Under the pieces are notes generated by a model. It saw only the letters and a program-made list of their open reading frames with translations, had not been told where the DNA came from and ran no database searches. The translations under genes were made by a program, and so were the position numbers. A DNA stretch of 32,000 bases from contig NC_007969.1 in the NCBI RefSeq assembly GCF_000013905.1, positions 750,001-782,000 of the forward strand. Reading direction: 5' to 3'. The number at the start of each line of letters is the position of its first letter. Position 1 is the first letter of the stretch. Positions 19,247-28,072 of this stretch are shown in pieces. The DNA comes from Psychrobacter cryohalolentis K5 (lineage in GTDB: Bacteria > Pseudomonadota > Gammaproteobacteria > Pseudomonadales > Moraxellaceae).

Positions 19247-19305
19247 GAGCTTTTGCTCTTAGAATCCTCCACTTGAGCAATGCGAAAGTGGGGTGAGTAT
19301 GTCAA
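19245..19305 (+). ncRNA. 3' structured portion of the putative omega (right-end) RNA of the TnpB element; the 5' end is undetermined and probably inside the tnpB 3' region
   Basis: Hairpin AAGAGC-TTTT-GCTCTT spans 19245-19260. Hairpin CTCCACTT-(11 nt)-AAGTGGGG spans 19267-19293. These are followed by TGAGTATGTCAA ending at 19305. In characterised TnpB systems the guide RNA scaffold overlaps the tnpB 3' end and the right end. Confidence 0.4.
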
Positions 19306-19333
19306 TAAACTGATGCCTCGATGATCGAACGCA

Positions 19334-20302
19334 TTGAATTATAGTTTTATGATGGTAGCCATGATGACTTCTAAAAACTCTTATCAGTTCAACTATAAAA
19401 GACCCTTTTATCCTGTGATAAAACGATTAGGCTCTACAGTCTTTCATGCTAATAAAAAGCGTGCTTACGTTGTAGGCATCTTTAGTATGTTGTTGTCTGG
19501 ATTCTTGGTTGGCTGTCAAAGTACGCCAACCAATGATTTAATCAGTGGTACCCCTTATCAAACCTCAACGCAACCCAATGACAACCGTAAATTGGATCAG
19601 CAAGAAATTGCTCGCGTTCGAACGACACTTGCTGCACAATATATCCGCAAAAACGAGCTTGATGCTGCCCAAAGACAGCTCGAAAAAGCCTTTGCTGCCG
19701 ATAGCCGTCATGCGCCCGCCTATGATATGATGGGCGTTTTGTTGCAGCAAGAAGGCAGCCGTCTTAATCTTGAAAAAGCGGATCAATATTTCAAAAAAGC
19801 CATTGCGCTCGATAAAGATTTTGACCAAGCTCACAATAATTATGGCGTGTATTTATCGCAGATGAAGCGTTATAAAGAGGCAGCTGAGCAGTTTGAAATC
19901 GCAGGTGCTGCCCTTGGTTACGAAGGTCGTATTGGGGCGTTAGAGAACTTAGGTCGCACCTACCTTCAGCTCAATGACCATCCTGCCGCAGCAAAGGCTT
20001 TTTTACGTGCTCTAGATGGCAATCGAAATAGTGTTATTGCCCATATTGAACTGGTTGATTTATTACTTGAGCAGCAGCGTATTGAGCAGGCACAAAGGCT
20101 CTATGATGAGACCTTGATATTGGTACAAGGGCAGGGCGCTAGTCCGCGCTTGCTCCTACAAGGCATCAAATTGGCAGCAGCGCAAAAAAACATCAAGACA
20201 CGCCAACAATTGGCACAGCAACTTTTATCTGCTTATCCATTAAGTGATGAAGCAAAACAACTAAAGACTTGGCTTAACAATCCAGAGGCACCATGGAAAT
20301 GA
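19334..20302 (+). CDS. pilW: Type IV pilus biogenesis/stability TPR lipoprotein PilW (PilF in Pseudomonas nomenclature)
   Basis: It has a lipobox (LLSGFLVGC) followed by TPR repeats (AAQYIRKNELDAAQRQLEKAFAADSRHAPAYDMMGVLLQQEG..., AHNNYGVYL) and the conserved position between rlmN and rodZ. The start is uncertain: TTG 19334, ATGs at 19349-19364, or GTG 19415. Confidence 0.8.
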   Translation: MNYSFMMVAMMTSKNSYQFNYKRPFYPVIKRLGSTVFHANKKRAYVVGIFSMLLSGFLVGCQSTPTNDLISGTPYQTSTQPNDNRKLDQQEIARVRTTLAAQYIRKNELDAAQRQLEKAFAADSRHAPAYDMMGVLLQQEGSRLNLEKADQYFKKAIALDKDFDQAHNNYGVYLSQMKRYKEAAEQFEIAGAALGYEGRIGALENLGRTYLQLNDHPAAAKAFLRALDGNRNSVIAHIELVDLLLEQQRIEQAQRLYDETLILVQGQGASPRLLLQGIKLAAAQKNIKTRQQLAQQLLSAYPLSDEAKQLKTWLNNPEAPWK

Positions 20303-21114
20303 CCACCCCATCATCAAACACAAACTTTAACGCTCAGGGATCATTTGGTGCCATGTTGCAGCAAGCTCGCAAAGCTAAGCAAGTAAGCTTGGATGACGCG
20401 GCAAATGAATTGTTTATTTTAAAACGTCACCTGCAAGCGTTAGAAAATGAAGATTTTTCTGACTTGCCGCAAGTGGCGTTTGCGCGCGGTTTTGCGATCA
20501 ACTATGCCAAATATTTGGGTCTCGACCCAGTCAGAATAGCCAGTAGCTTTGATGCCGCTTACCCAAATGAGCTGAAATCGCGTTCGGCTAATAATACTCA
20601 GTCGCCATTGCAGCCTATGGGTACGCTACAGCGCGATACACACAATCGTATTCGCTTTAATCCGCTACTAATTATCGCAGTGATCGGTGTCATTATTTTA
20701 GCGATTTTCCTATTCCGTATGGTTAGTAATGCCAGCAAGGAAAATACCGAGCAGCCTATATCTAGCTCTGAAGATATCTCAGCAGTAGAACAAGCACAAG
20801 GCGCAGCTATTAATACCGATGTTACAGGTGTTAGCGCTTCAGGTTCAGCACTAAACTTAGGCGGTGGCGACGTTGCTCCTGCCACTTTGGATGTTAAGCT
20901 GACGGATGCTGCTGTCGTCACTATTACGGATGCTACTGGTAGCAGCTTGATCGCGGGCTCGCAGAATGCGGGTGATTATCAGTTATCAGGTATGCCACCT
21001 TTTAATGTACAGATCGATGATATCAATAACGTGCGCCTGATGCTTAATCAGCAATCTGTCGCTTTAAACAGCTATGCAAATGGTAGCCAAGCCAGTTTTG
21101 AATTGGCACCTTAA
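20293..21114 (+). CDS. rodZ: Cytoskeleton/cell-shape protein RodZ (XRE-type HTH, single TM, C-terminal DUF4115)
   Basis: The N-terminal HTH is FGAMLQQARKAKQVSLDDAANELFILKRHLQALENEDFSDLP and the TM segment is LLIIAVIGVIILAIFLF. It lies immediately upstream of ispG, and its start overlaps the pilW stop. Confidence 0.85.
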   Translation: MEMTTPSSNTNFNAQGSFGAMLQQARKAKQVSLDDAANELFILKRHLQALENEDFSDLPQVAFARGFAINYAKYLGLDPVRIASSFDAAYPNELKSRSANNTQSPLQPMGTLQRDTHNRIRFNPLLIIAVIGVIILAIFLFRMVSNASKENTEQPISSSEDISAVEQAQGAAINTDVTGVSASGSALNLGGGDVAPATLDVKLTDAAVVTITDATGSSLIAGSQNAGDYQLSGMPPFNVQIDDINNVRLMLNQQSVALNSYANGSQASFELAP

Positions 21115-21205
21115 TTTATTAATTGGTTCGGTTTTTAAAGTAAATAGTATTACCTTGTTTTTATTGTTATTCTCGTTTTTACTGCTTTCATGAAAGGGTT
21201 TGTCT

Positions 21206-22321
21206 ATGTCAACGTCAGCGCCTATTAACCGTCGTCTTACGAAGAAAATATATGTCGGTGATGTCGCGATTGGTGGTGATGCGCCGATTAGTGTGCAAAG
21301 TATGACCAATACCGATACCTGTGATGTGGCAGCGACTGTTGCCCAAATTGAGCGCTGTGTTGAAGCAGGCGCTGATTTGATGCGAGTTTCTACTCCGACG
21401 ATGGATACCGTTAAAGCGTTTGGTGAAATTCGCAAGTTGGTCAGCGTACCCTTGATAGCAGATGTGCATTTTGACCACAAAATTGCTTTAGCCGTTGCGG
21501 CAGCGGGCGCAGATTGTTTACGTATTAACCCGGGCAATATCGGTAGTGACGCCAAAGTACGCGAAGTAGTCGCCTGTGCCAAGCATTACAATATTCCTAT
21601 TCGTATCGGCGTCAATGCTGGCTCATTAGAGAAAGACATTCAGCGTAAGTATAAAGAGCCAAATGGCGCAGCGATGCTCGAATCGGCAATGCGTCATATT
21701 GATATATTAGAACGTCTTAATTTTGATCAATATAAAGTATCGGTTAAAGCCAGCAACGTATTTTTGACCATGGATGCCTATCGTCTGATTTCAGCACAAA
21801 TTGATAATCCGCTGCATTTAGGGGTGACTGAAGCTGGTGTTTACCGTACTGGTTCGGTCAAATCTGCTATCGCGCTGGGTGGTTTATTATTAGACGGTAT
21901 CGGTGATACGATACGTATCTCCTTAGCTGCAGAGCCAGAAGAAGAAATTAAGATTGGCTTTGATATCTTAAAATCGCTCAATATTCGCTCTAATGGTGTC
22001 AATTTCATTGCTTGTCCAAGCTGCTCACGTCAAGAGTTCGACGTGATTAGAGTGATGACCGCGTTAGAGTCGCGCTTAGAAGACATTCGTGAGCCGATGA
22101 ATTTGTCAGTGATTGGCTGTAAGGTAAATGGTCCAGGTGAAGCGAAAGAAGCCGATATCGGTATTGTTGGCGCCGCACCAAAGTCTCTGGTCTACCGTAT
22201 GGGCGAAAAAAGTCATCTGATTGATACAGATAATTTGGTCGATGAGATAGAAGGTATGGTACGCGCCCATGCAGAAGAATTGGCAAAAAAACGCGAAAAC
22301 GAGATTATACGTGTTAGATAA
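21206..22321 (+). CDS. ispG: 4-hydroxy-3-methylbut-2-en-1-yl diphosphate synthase (flavodoxin)
   Basis: [29 protein letters not shown] and [10 protein letters not shown]...GCKVNGPGE (Fe-S cysteines) are present. The ATG at 21206 is preceded by AAAGGG. Confidence 0.96.
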
Positions 22322-22385
22322 TAAAGCGTTTTATTAATAAAAATTATAGAGCTGTTTGTTAAAACTTAAAGGACATAACCGTACC

Positions 22386-23690
22386 ATGATTAAAGCGATT
22401 AAAGGGTTTAATGATATTTTGCCTGCACAGTCTGCAAAATGGCTGTATCTAGAGTCTATATTGGCTAATGTGCTAGGCAGATACGGTTATGAGCATATTC
22501 GCTTGCCTATCGTTGAGCAAACCGATTTGTTTGCTCGCGCGATCGGCGGTGCTACGGATATCGTTGAAAAAGAGATGTATAGCTTTACCGATAAATCTGA
22601 TCCACCAACGCCGCTTACCTTGCGTCCTGAAGGCACGGCAGGGGCAGTACGAGCAGTAAATGAGCACAATCTACTACGCGGTGATACGCCTAAGCTTTGG
22701 TATATTGGTCCAATGTTCCGCTATGAACGCCCACAAAAGGGTCGCTATCGTCAATTTCATCAAATAGGTGTTGAAAGCTTTGGTAGTGCCTTACCGGACG
22801 CTGATGCCGAGCTGATTGCGATGACTCATTTGATGTGGCAAGAGCTGGGTCTAAAAGATGAGATGCGTTTAGAGCTAAACAGTCTGGGCGAAATTGATGA
22901 GCGTCATGCTTATCGTGAAGCGTTGGTCACCTATCTGACCGATAAGCAAGAGCAGTTAGATGAGGATAGTAAGCGTCGCCTGACGACTAATCCGCTACGT
23001 ATTTTAGACAGCAAAGAAGCCAGCACACAAGCCCTATTGGTAGACGCGCCTAAGCTTGCTGACTTTTTAGGTGAAGAAAGCGTGGCGCATTTTGAGCAAG
23101 TACAAGCTTATTTAACAGAGCTTGGTATCAACTTTGAAATCAACCCGCATCTGGTGCGTGGTCTTGATTACTATAATAAAACTGTTTTTGAGTGGGTTAC
23201 TGACAAGCTTGGCAGTCAAGCAACTGTCTGTGCCGGTGGTCGTTATGATGGCTTGGTTGGACAGCTAAAATCTGCTGATAACCGTGATGGCAAAGGCGAT
23301 AATAAACCGGTTAAATCTGAACCTGCAGTTGGTTTTGCCATGGGGCTTGAGCGTTTATTACTTCTTATGGAAGTTGTCGCGCCTATTGCTGATATGCCTG
23401 CTTGTGATGTCTTTGTGGTCGCTCATCCTGAGGTTTATAGTGCCGGTATTAGTTATGCGCAAAACCTGCGTTATAGCCGCCCAGATTTGCGCGTCAAAAT
23501 GGCAAGTGCCACCAGCTTAAAAGCACAAATGAAAAAAGCAGATAAGTCAGGTGCTGCATTGACCGTTATTATCGCCCAGCAAGAGCTGGATGATAAAACC
23601 ATTAGCATCAAAGATATGCAAACTGGCGAACAAAAAACAGCAGCGCAAGATTGGCTGTTGGATAAAGATAACTTTTCTCGCCATAAATAG
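22386..23690 (+). CDS. hisS: Histidine--tRNA ligase
   Basis: [41 protein letters not shown] and GGGRYDGL-type (AGGRYDGLV) class II motifs are present. The ATG at 22386 is preceded by AAGGA. Confidence 0.96.
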
Positions 23691-23740
23691 TAGTGAGCGT
23701 AGCATTAGCACTTTAATATAAATTGATCAGGTAAAAGTAT

Positions 23741-24535
23741 ATGGCTCTGACCCCTAATTCGCCGAATGCAGACAACTCAATGCAAGCGTTAAAGCAGTAT
23801 GGCAGCTATATTGTCACCGCGATTTTATTGGCGTTAGCCGCTTATTTTGGCTGGACTTATTGGCAGGATAATCATGCACGTGTCGATACCGTTGCAGCCG
23901 ATCAATATGCGGATATTCAACGTCTTAATGAAGAAGTTAGCTTGGCATCGCAAAATCCAGATCTAGGAGCGGAGGCAAAAGCATCGTTAGAGAAGAGTCG
24001 TACTCAGCTAGATAAGAACATTGATACTTTAGTTGGCACTCATGGAGAATCGGTATATGCTTGGCAGGCTTTAATGATTAAAGCGCGTCAGCAAGTTGAC
24101 AATGATGATTTTAAGGCAGCAGGCGATACCTTTAAAAAAGCATTGGCGATTGATTTGGGTGATGCAGGTCTAGAGGCAATTACCCGTTTGCGCTATGCGA
24201 CCACACTTTTGGCAGCAGGCGATGCAAAAGCAGCATTAACAGAAGCCAGTCGTGATATGCCAAGCTCATTTGAAGCCAGTCAGCAAGAATTGCTGGGTGA
24301 TATTTATTTGGCACAAGACAATTCAGATTCAGCGATTAAATCCTATAATAATGCTTGGAGCTTATTACGTGAGCGTCAAGAAACTCGCGCAGTATTGGCA
24401 TTGAAAATGGAAAGTTTGGGTATCGTCCCTGAGCCTATTGCTGAGCAAACTGGTCTTATTCAAGAGTCTACGGCAACATCGCAAGCACCAGTAAGCGAAG
24501 ATTCAGTAGCAGCCAATACCGGTGCTGGTGCATAA
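23741..24535 (+). CDS. yfgM: YfgM-family ancillary SecYEG translocon subunit (single N-terminal TM plus TPR-like domain)
   Basis: It has the N-terminal TM IVTAILLALAAYFGWTYW followed by a helical-repeat domain, and the conserved position between hisS and bamB. Confidence 0.75.
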   Translation: MALTPNSPNADNSMQALKQYGSYIVTAILLALAAYFGWTYWQDNHARVDTVAADQYADIQRLNEEVSLASQNPDLGAEAKASLEKSRTQLDKNIDTLVGTHGESVYAWQALMIKARQQVDNDDFKAAGDTFKKALAIDLGDAGLEAITRLRYATTLLAAGDAKAALTEASRDMPSSFEASQQELLGDIYLAQDNSDSAIKSYNNAWSLLRERQETRAVLALKMESLGIVPEPIAEQTGLIQESTATSQAPVSEDSVAANTGAGA

Positions 24536-24806
24536 AATAGTAGTGCTAAATATTCAGCAATAAAGACTTAGTATTAAAAAATTGAGTACTAATTTCGATA
24601 GACATGGTAATACCTCAAACCGTTCTACAAAGGAAGTAGCCTAATCAGTCGGAAGTAATATGGTGGTAACTAATACTTATTTTTACTAAGTTATTATCGT
24701 TTTTTATCACTGATTAAATGCTAATTTATTAATGATTAATTTATTTGTAGTGAGACCTATAATGATTCAAGCTATTCGCTTTAACAAAACCATCAAAGCC
24801 AAGACC

Positions 24807-25970
24807 ATGCGCTCAACGGCCATGCATGTAGCCGTAATTGCAGTGATGGCAACTGCGGTCATTGGGTGTAATCGAGGTATCAAGCCAGTCGTCAACGACC
24901 CTGTAAAATTGGTACAAATCGTGCAACCTGTTAGCGTATTGCAGCCGGTTTTTAGTACCGACCTTGGTAATAAAAACGTCAGTAAAAAAGATCCGCTTAC
25001 TTTGCAAGTCGGTTATGCCAATTCGCAAATCGTTACTGCCTCGCGCGGTGGTGATCTGGTTGGTTTTGACAAAGCTGGTCAGCGTTTATGGTCGGTAAAT
25101 GTTGGCGACCAGATTACAGGTGGTGTTGCGATAGATGAGCTAAGCCAAACTGCTATTATTAGTACTCGTGGCGGTCTGGTTATGGCATTTGATAGCGTAA
25201 CAGGTGCAAAACGCTGGCAGCAACAGCTTACTGGTTCAGTGCTAACGCCGGCGCTCATTAGCAATAACCGCGTTATCTTGTCAGTCAATGATGGTTTTCT
25301 ACATGGCTTATCGCTGCAGACCGGTCAGTCAGTTTGGCAGTTTGCTACCCAAGTTCCAGCGATTAGTGTACGCGGTAGCGCTGCACCAACGTTATTAGAT
25401 GCTAAGACGGCGTTGTTAGCGACTGCCGATGGACGCTTGCATGCTATCACGGTAGATAATGGTTTGCCGCTATGGTCAAGACGCGTTGGTGTGGGTACAG
25501 GCAGCAGCGAAGTTGAACGCATGAGCGATGTTGATGGTATGCCAATTGTAGATAACAATCAGTTATTTGCCATTAGTTATAGTGGGCAGTTACTCGGTAT
25601 TGATTTGGCATCGCGCCAAGTGATGTTTGTTAATGAGCTTGCCAGTTTAAAAGCGCTTGCAGTCAACAATCAGCAAGTGGTTGCGACAAGCTTAGACGGT
25701 AAAGTGGTTGCTTACAACCGCAGTAATGGTGCTGTTCTCTGGGAAAGTGAAGAATTGGCCTATCGCCATTTGACCAATCCTGTGATGATTGGTAACTATA
25801 TCGCAGTGGGCGACTTTGATGGAGTGGTACATTTATTTGACCCAGCCACTGGTAAGATTGTCAGCCGTGTACAGACCAAAGGCGCATTGACCAATTTGCA
25901 AGTGCAAGGCAGCCGCTTAATGACCCAAAGCACCTCAGGTCAAGTAGCGATTTGGCAGTTGGCACGCTAA
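24807..25970 (+). CDS. bamB: Outer membrane protein assembly factor BamB (PQQ-like beta-propeller lipoprotein)
   Basis: The lipoprotein signal MRSTAMHVAVIAVMATAVIGC is followed by repeated propeller blades (G.L.A.D...G...W). It has the conserved position between yfgM and der. The ORF is open from 24732, so the start is uncertain. Confidence 0.88.
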   Translation: MRSTAMHVAVIAVMATAVIGCNRGIKPVVNDPVKLVQIVQPVSVLQPVFSTDLGNKNVSKKDPLTLQVGYANSQIVTASRGGDLVGFDKAGQRLWSVNVGDQITGGVAIDELSQTAIISTRGGLVMAFDSVTGAKRWQQQLTGSVLTPALISNNRVILSVNDGFLHGLSLQTGQSVWQFATQVPAISVRGSAAPTLLDAKTALLATADGRLHAITVDNGLPLWSRRVGVGTGSSEVERMSDVDGMPIVDNNQLFAISYSGQLLGIDLASRQVMFVNELASLKALAVNNQQVVATSLDGKVVAYNRSNGAVLWESEELAYRHLTNPVMIGNYIAVGDFDGVVHLFDPATGKIVSRVQTKGALTNLQVQGSRLMTQSTSGQVAIWQLAR

Positions 25971-25987
25971 TCTTAATGACTTGCAGT

Positions 25988-26028
25988 CCTATTTAATGAG
26001 CATTTTTCTATATTGCTCATTAAATAGG
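25988..26028. terminator. Perfect 15-bp stem hairpin 18 nt after the bamB stop (terminator-like, no clean T-run)
   Basis: CCTATTTAATGAGCA (25988-26002) pairs perfectly with TGCTCATTAAATAGG (26014-26028), with an 11-nt loop. Confidence 0.5.
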
Positions 26029-26401
26029 TGATCTAATAGTAAGTCACCTAATAGTAAAATGAACAGAAAACGCTGCATAGTCAGCGTTTAATGCCTTGTA
26101 AAACTGCTTGTTTACATATCGGCTTTCGCGTACGCTATGCGACCGGTGCATTATTGGCGTTATCTATATATAATAGCGACAGATAATATCCATATATGAT
26201 GCATTCCTCTGAATATCATTTATTCATTGTAAGATAGCCAAGAACTATTTTCTGACTATCGTTTTATCTTATCATTCATTTAAATTTGCGGTCAACGGCT
26301 GCTACTTTTTGCTTTTTTATAACGGTAAATTTACGTTGTAAAAGAGATTGTATCTAAGTAGTTGCACTGTCCGTCATTGTGCCTTTCACTGAGAGTAACC
26401 C

Positions 26402-27844
26402 ATGAGTATCAAGCCTGTGGTCGCCTTAATTGGTCGTCCAAACGTCGGTAAATCCACCTTATTTAATCAGTTCACTAAAAGTCGGCAGGCATTGGTTGCT
26501 GATTTGTCAGGATTGACTCGTGACCGTCAATACGGTGATGCGACCTACGAAGACAAAGCTTTTATTGTCGTTGATACCGGTGGTATTGGTGAAGCGGACG
26601 ATGGCAGAGGCGATATTGATGATTATATGTCTGAACAGTCGTATACTGCTATTCATGAAGCCGATATCATTGTATTTGTGGTTGATGCACGCGCAGGGAT
26701 GATTGGTGCTGATGCTGAGATTGGTAAGTTTTTACACACCCTTGGCAAGCCTGTATATGTTGTTGCCAACAAAGTCGATGGTGTGCATGATTCGGCGCCT
26801 GCTGAATTTTATGCATTAGGTCTAGGCGAACCATATCCAATGGCGGCAAGTCACGGTCGCGGGGTCGGCAATCTGCTCGAAGTATTAACCGCTGATATGC
26901 CTAGTCAGGAAAATGTGGTTGAGCCCAGAGGGTTGAAACTTGCTATTATCGGTCGTCCAAACGTTGGTAAATCGACGCTAGTCAACCGTTTGCTTGGTGA
27001 AGACCGCGTTGTCGTCTTTGATATGCCTGGTACCACTCGTGATAGTATCTATATCCCATATACGCGTGAAGGTAAAGATTACGTATTGATTGATACGGCT
27101 GGTGTTCGTCGCCGTGGTAAAATCGATGAAAAAGTTGAGAAATTCTCAGTTATCAAAACCTTACAAGCGATTGAAGACTCTAATGTAACCGTTATTGTTA
27201 TTGATGCTCATGAAGGTATTGTTGATCAAGATTTGCATATGATTGGCTATGCGCTGGACGCAGGTCGTGCGCTAGTGGTTGCGATTAATAAGTGGGACGG
27301 TTTGACTGCCGATCAAAAGAACTATATCAAAATTGAGATGGATCGCCGTTTTAATTTTATCCCTTATGTAAAAGTCCATCAAATCTCAGCATTACATGGT
27401 ACGGGCGTGGGTAATTTATATCCGTCTATTTTGCGTGCTTATCAATCGTCAATGTTTGAGGTATCAACCAACCGTTTGACGCAGATTTTGCAAGATGCTG
27501 TTACTGCCAATCCACCGCCAACGGTCGCTGGTCGCCGTATTAAGTTGCGTTATGCGCATATCGGTGGACACAATCCGCCCGTTATCGTCATTCATGGTAA
27601 TCAAACTGGTTCGTTACCTAAGAGCTATCAGCGCTATCTTGAAAATCAATTCCGTCAGGTATTCAAGTTAGAAGGCACGCCACTAAACGTGGTCTTTAAA
27701 CTGAATGAAAACCCGTATGCTAATAAAAGCGATACGCCGACCAAAGCCAAAACCCAACAGTTACGTCAACGTGAACGTAATCGTGCGCAGAAATTTACCA
27801 CCAAAGATAAGCCGAGATTTACCAACAAAGATAAAAAGCGTTAA
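26402..27844 (+). CDS. der: Ribosome biogenesis GTPase Der (EngA) with a basic C-terminal tail
   Basis: There are two tandem GTPase domains ([16 protein letters not shown]; [20 protein letters not shown]) plus a KH-like domain. The Lys/Arg-rich C-terminal extension is [33 protein letters not shown]. Confidence 0.96.
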   Translation: MSIKPVVALIGRPNVGKSTLFNQFTKSRQALVADLSGLTRDRQYGDATYEDKAFIVVDTGGIGEADDGRGDIDDYMSEQSYTAIHEADIIVFVVDARAGMIGADAEIGKFLHTLGKPVYVVANKVDGVHDSAPAEFYALGLGEPYPMAASHGRGVGNLLEVLTADMPSQENVVEPRGLKLAIIGRPNVGKSTLVNRLLGEDRVVVFDMPGTTRDSIYIPYTREGKDYVLIDTAGVRRRGKIDEKVEKFSVIKTLQAIEDSNVTVIVIDAHEGIVDQDLHMIGYALDAGRALVVAINKWDGLTADQKNYIKIEMDRRFNFIPYVKVHQISALHGTGVGNLYPSILRAYQSSMFEVSTNRLTQILQDAVTANPPPTVAGRRIKLRYAHIGGHNPPVIVIHGNQTGSLPKSYQRYLENQFRQVFKLEGTPLNVVFKLNENPYANKSDTPTKAKTQQLRQRERNRAQKFTTKDKPRFTNKDKKR

Positions 27845-28072
27845 TGCAATCATATTTGCGCTTTTGGGTGGTAGTAGCTAGCCGATAAAAGCCCTTTGAT
27901 ACTATTTATCAGGCTTTTTAAATGTGCTTCGTCATGACGGCTGTATCAGTTGTCATGGCATTTTGCAATTTAGGGCACTATTCATTAGTTGCCTTAAAAT
28001 ATCAATTTTCACTTATAACCGCTATAAAATACCTGTACTATAATCAAAAGTTGTCTAACTCAGTTGAGTGAT

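Larger units (their letters stand above)
17673..19305 (+). mobile_element. IS200/IS605-family, IS1341-like element carrying only tnpB (no tnpA); the left boundary is uncertain (17673 or 17766)
   Basis: It contains a tnpB ORF plus a structured right end terminating in TCAA (19302-19305), as at the IS608 right end. Candidate left-flank target motifs are TTGAT (17668-17672) and TTAC (17762-17765). The element interrupts the otherwise conserved rlmN-pilW junction. Confidence 0.6.
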
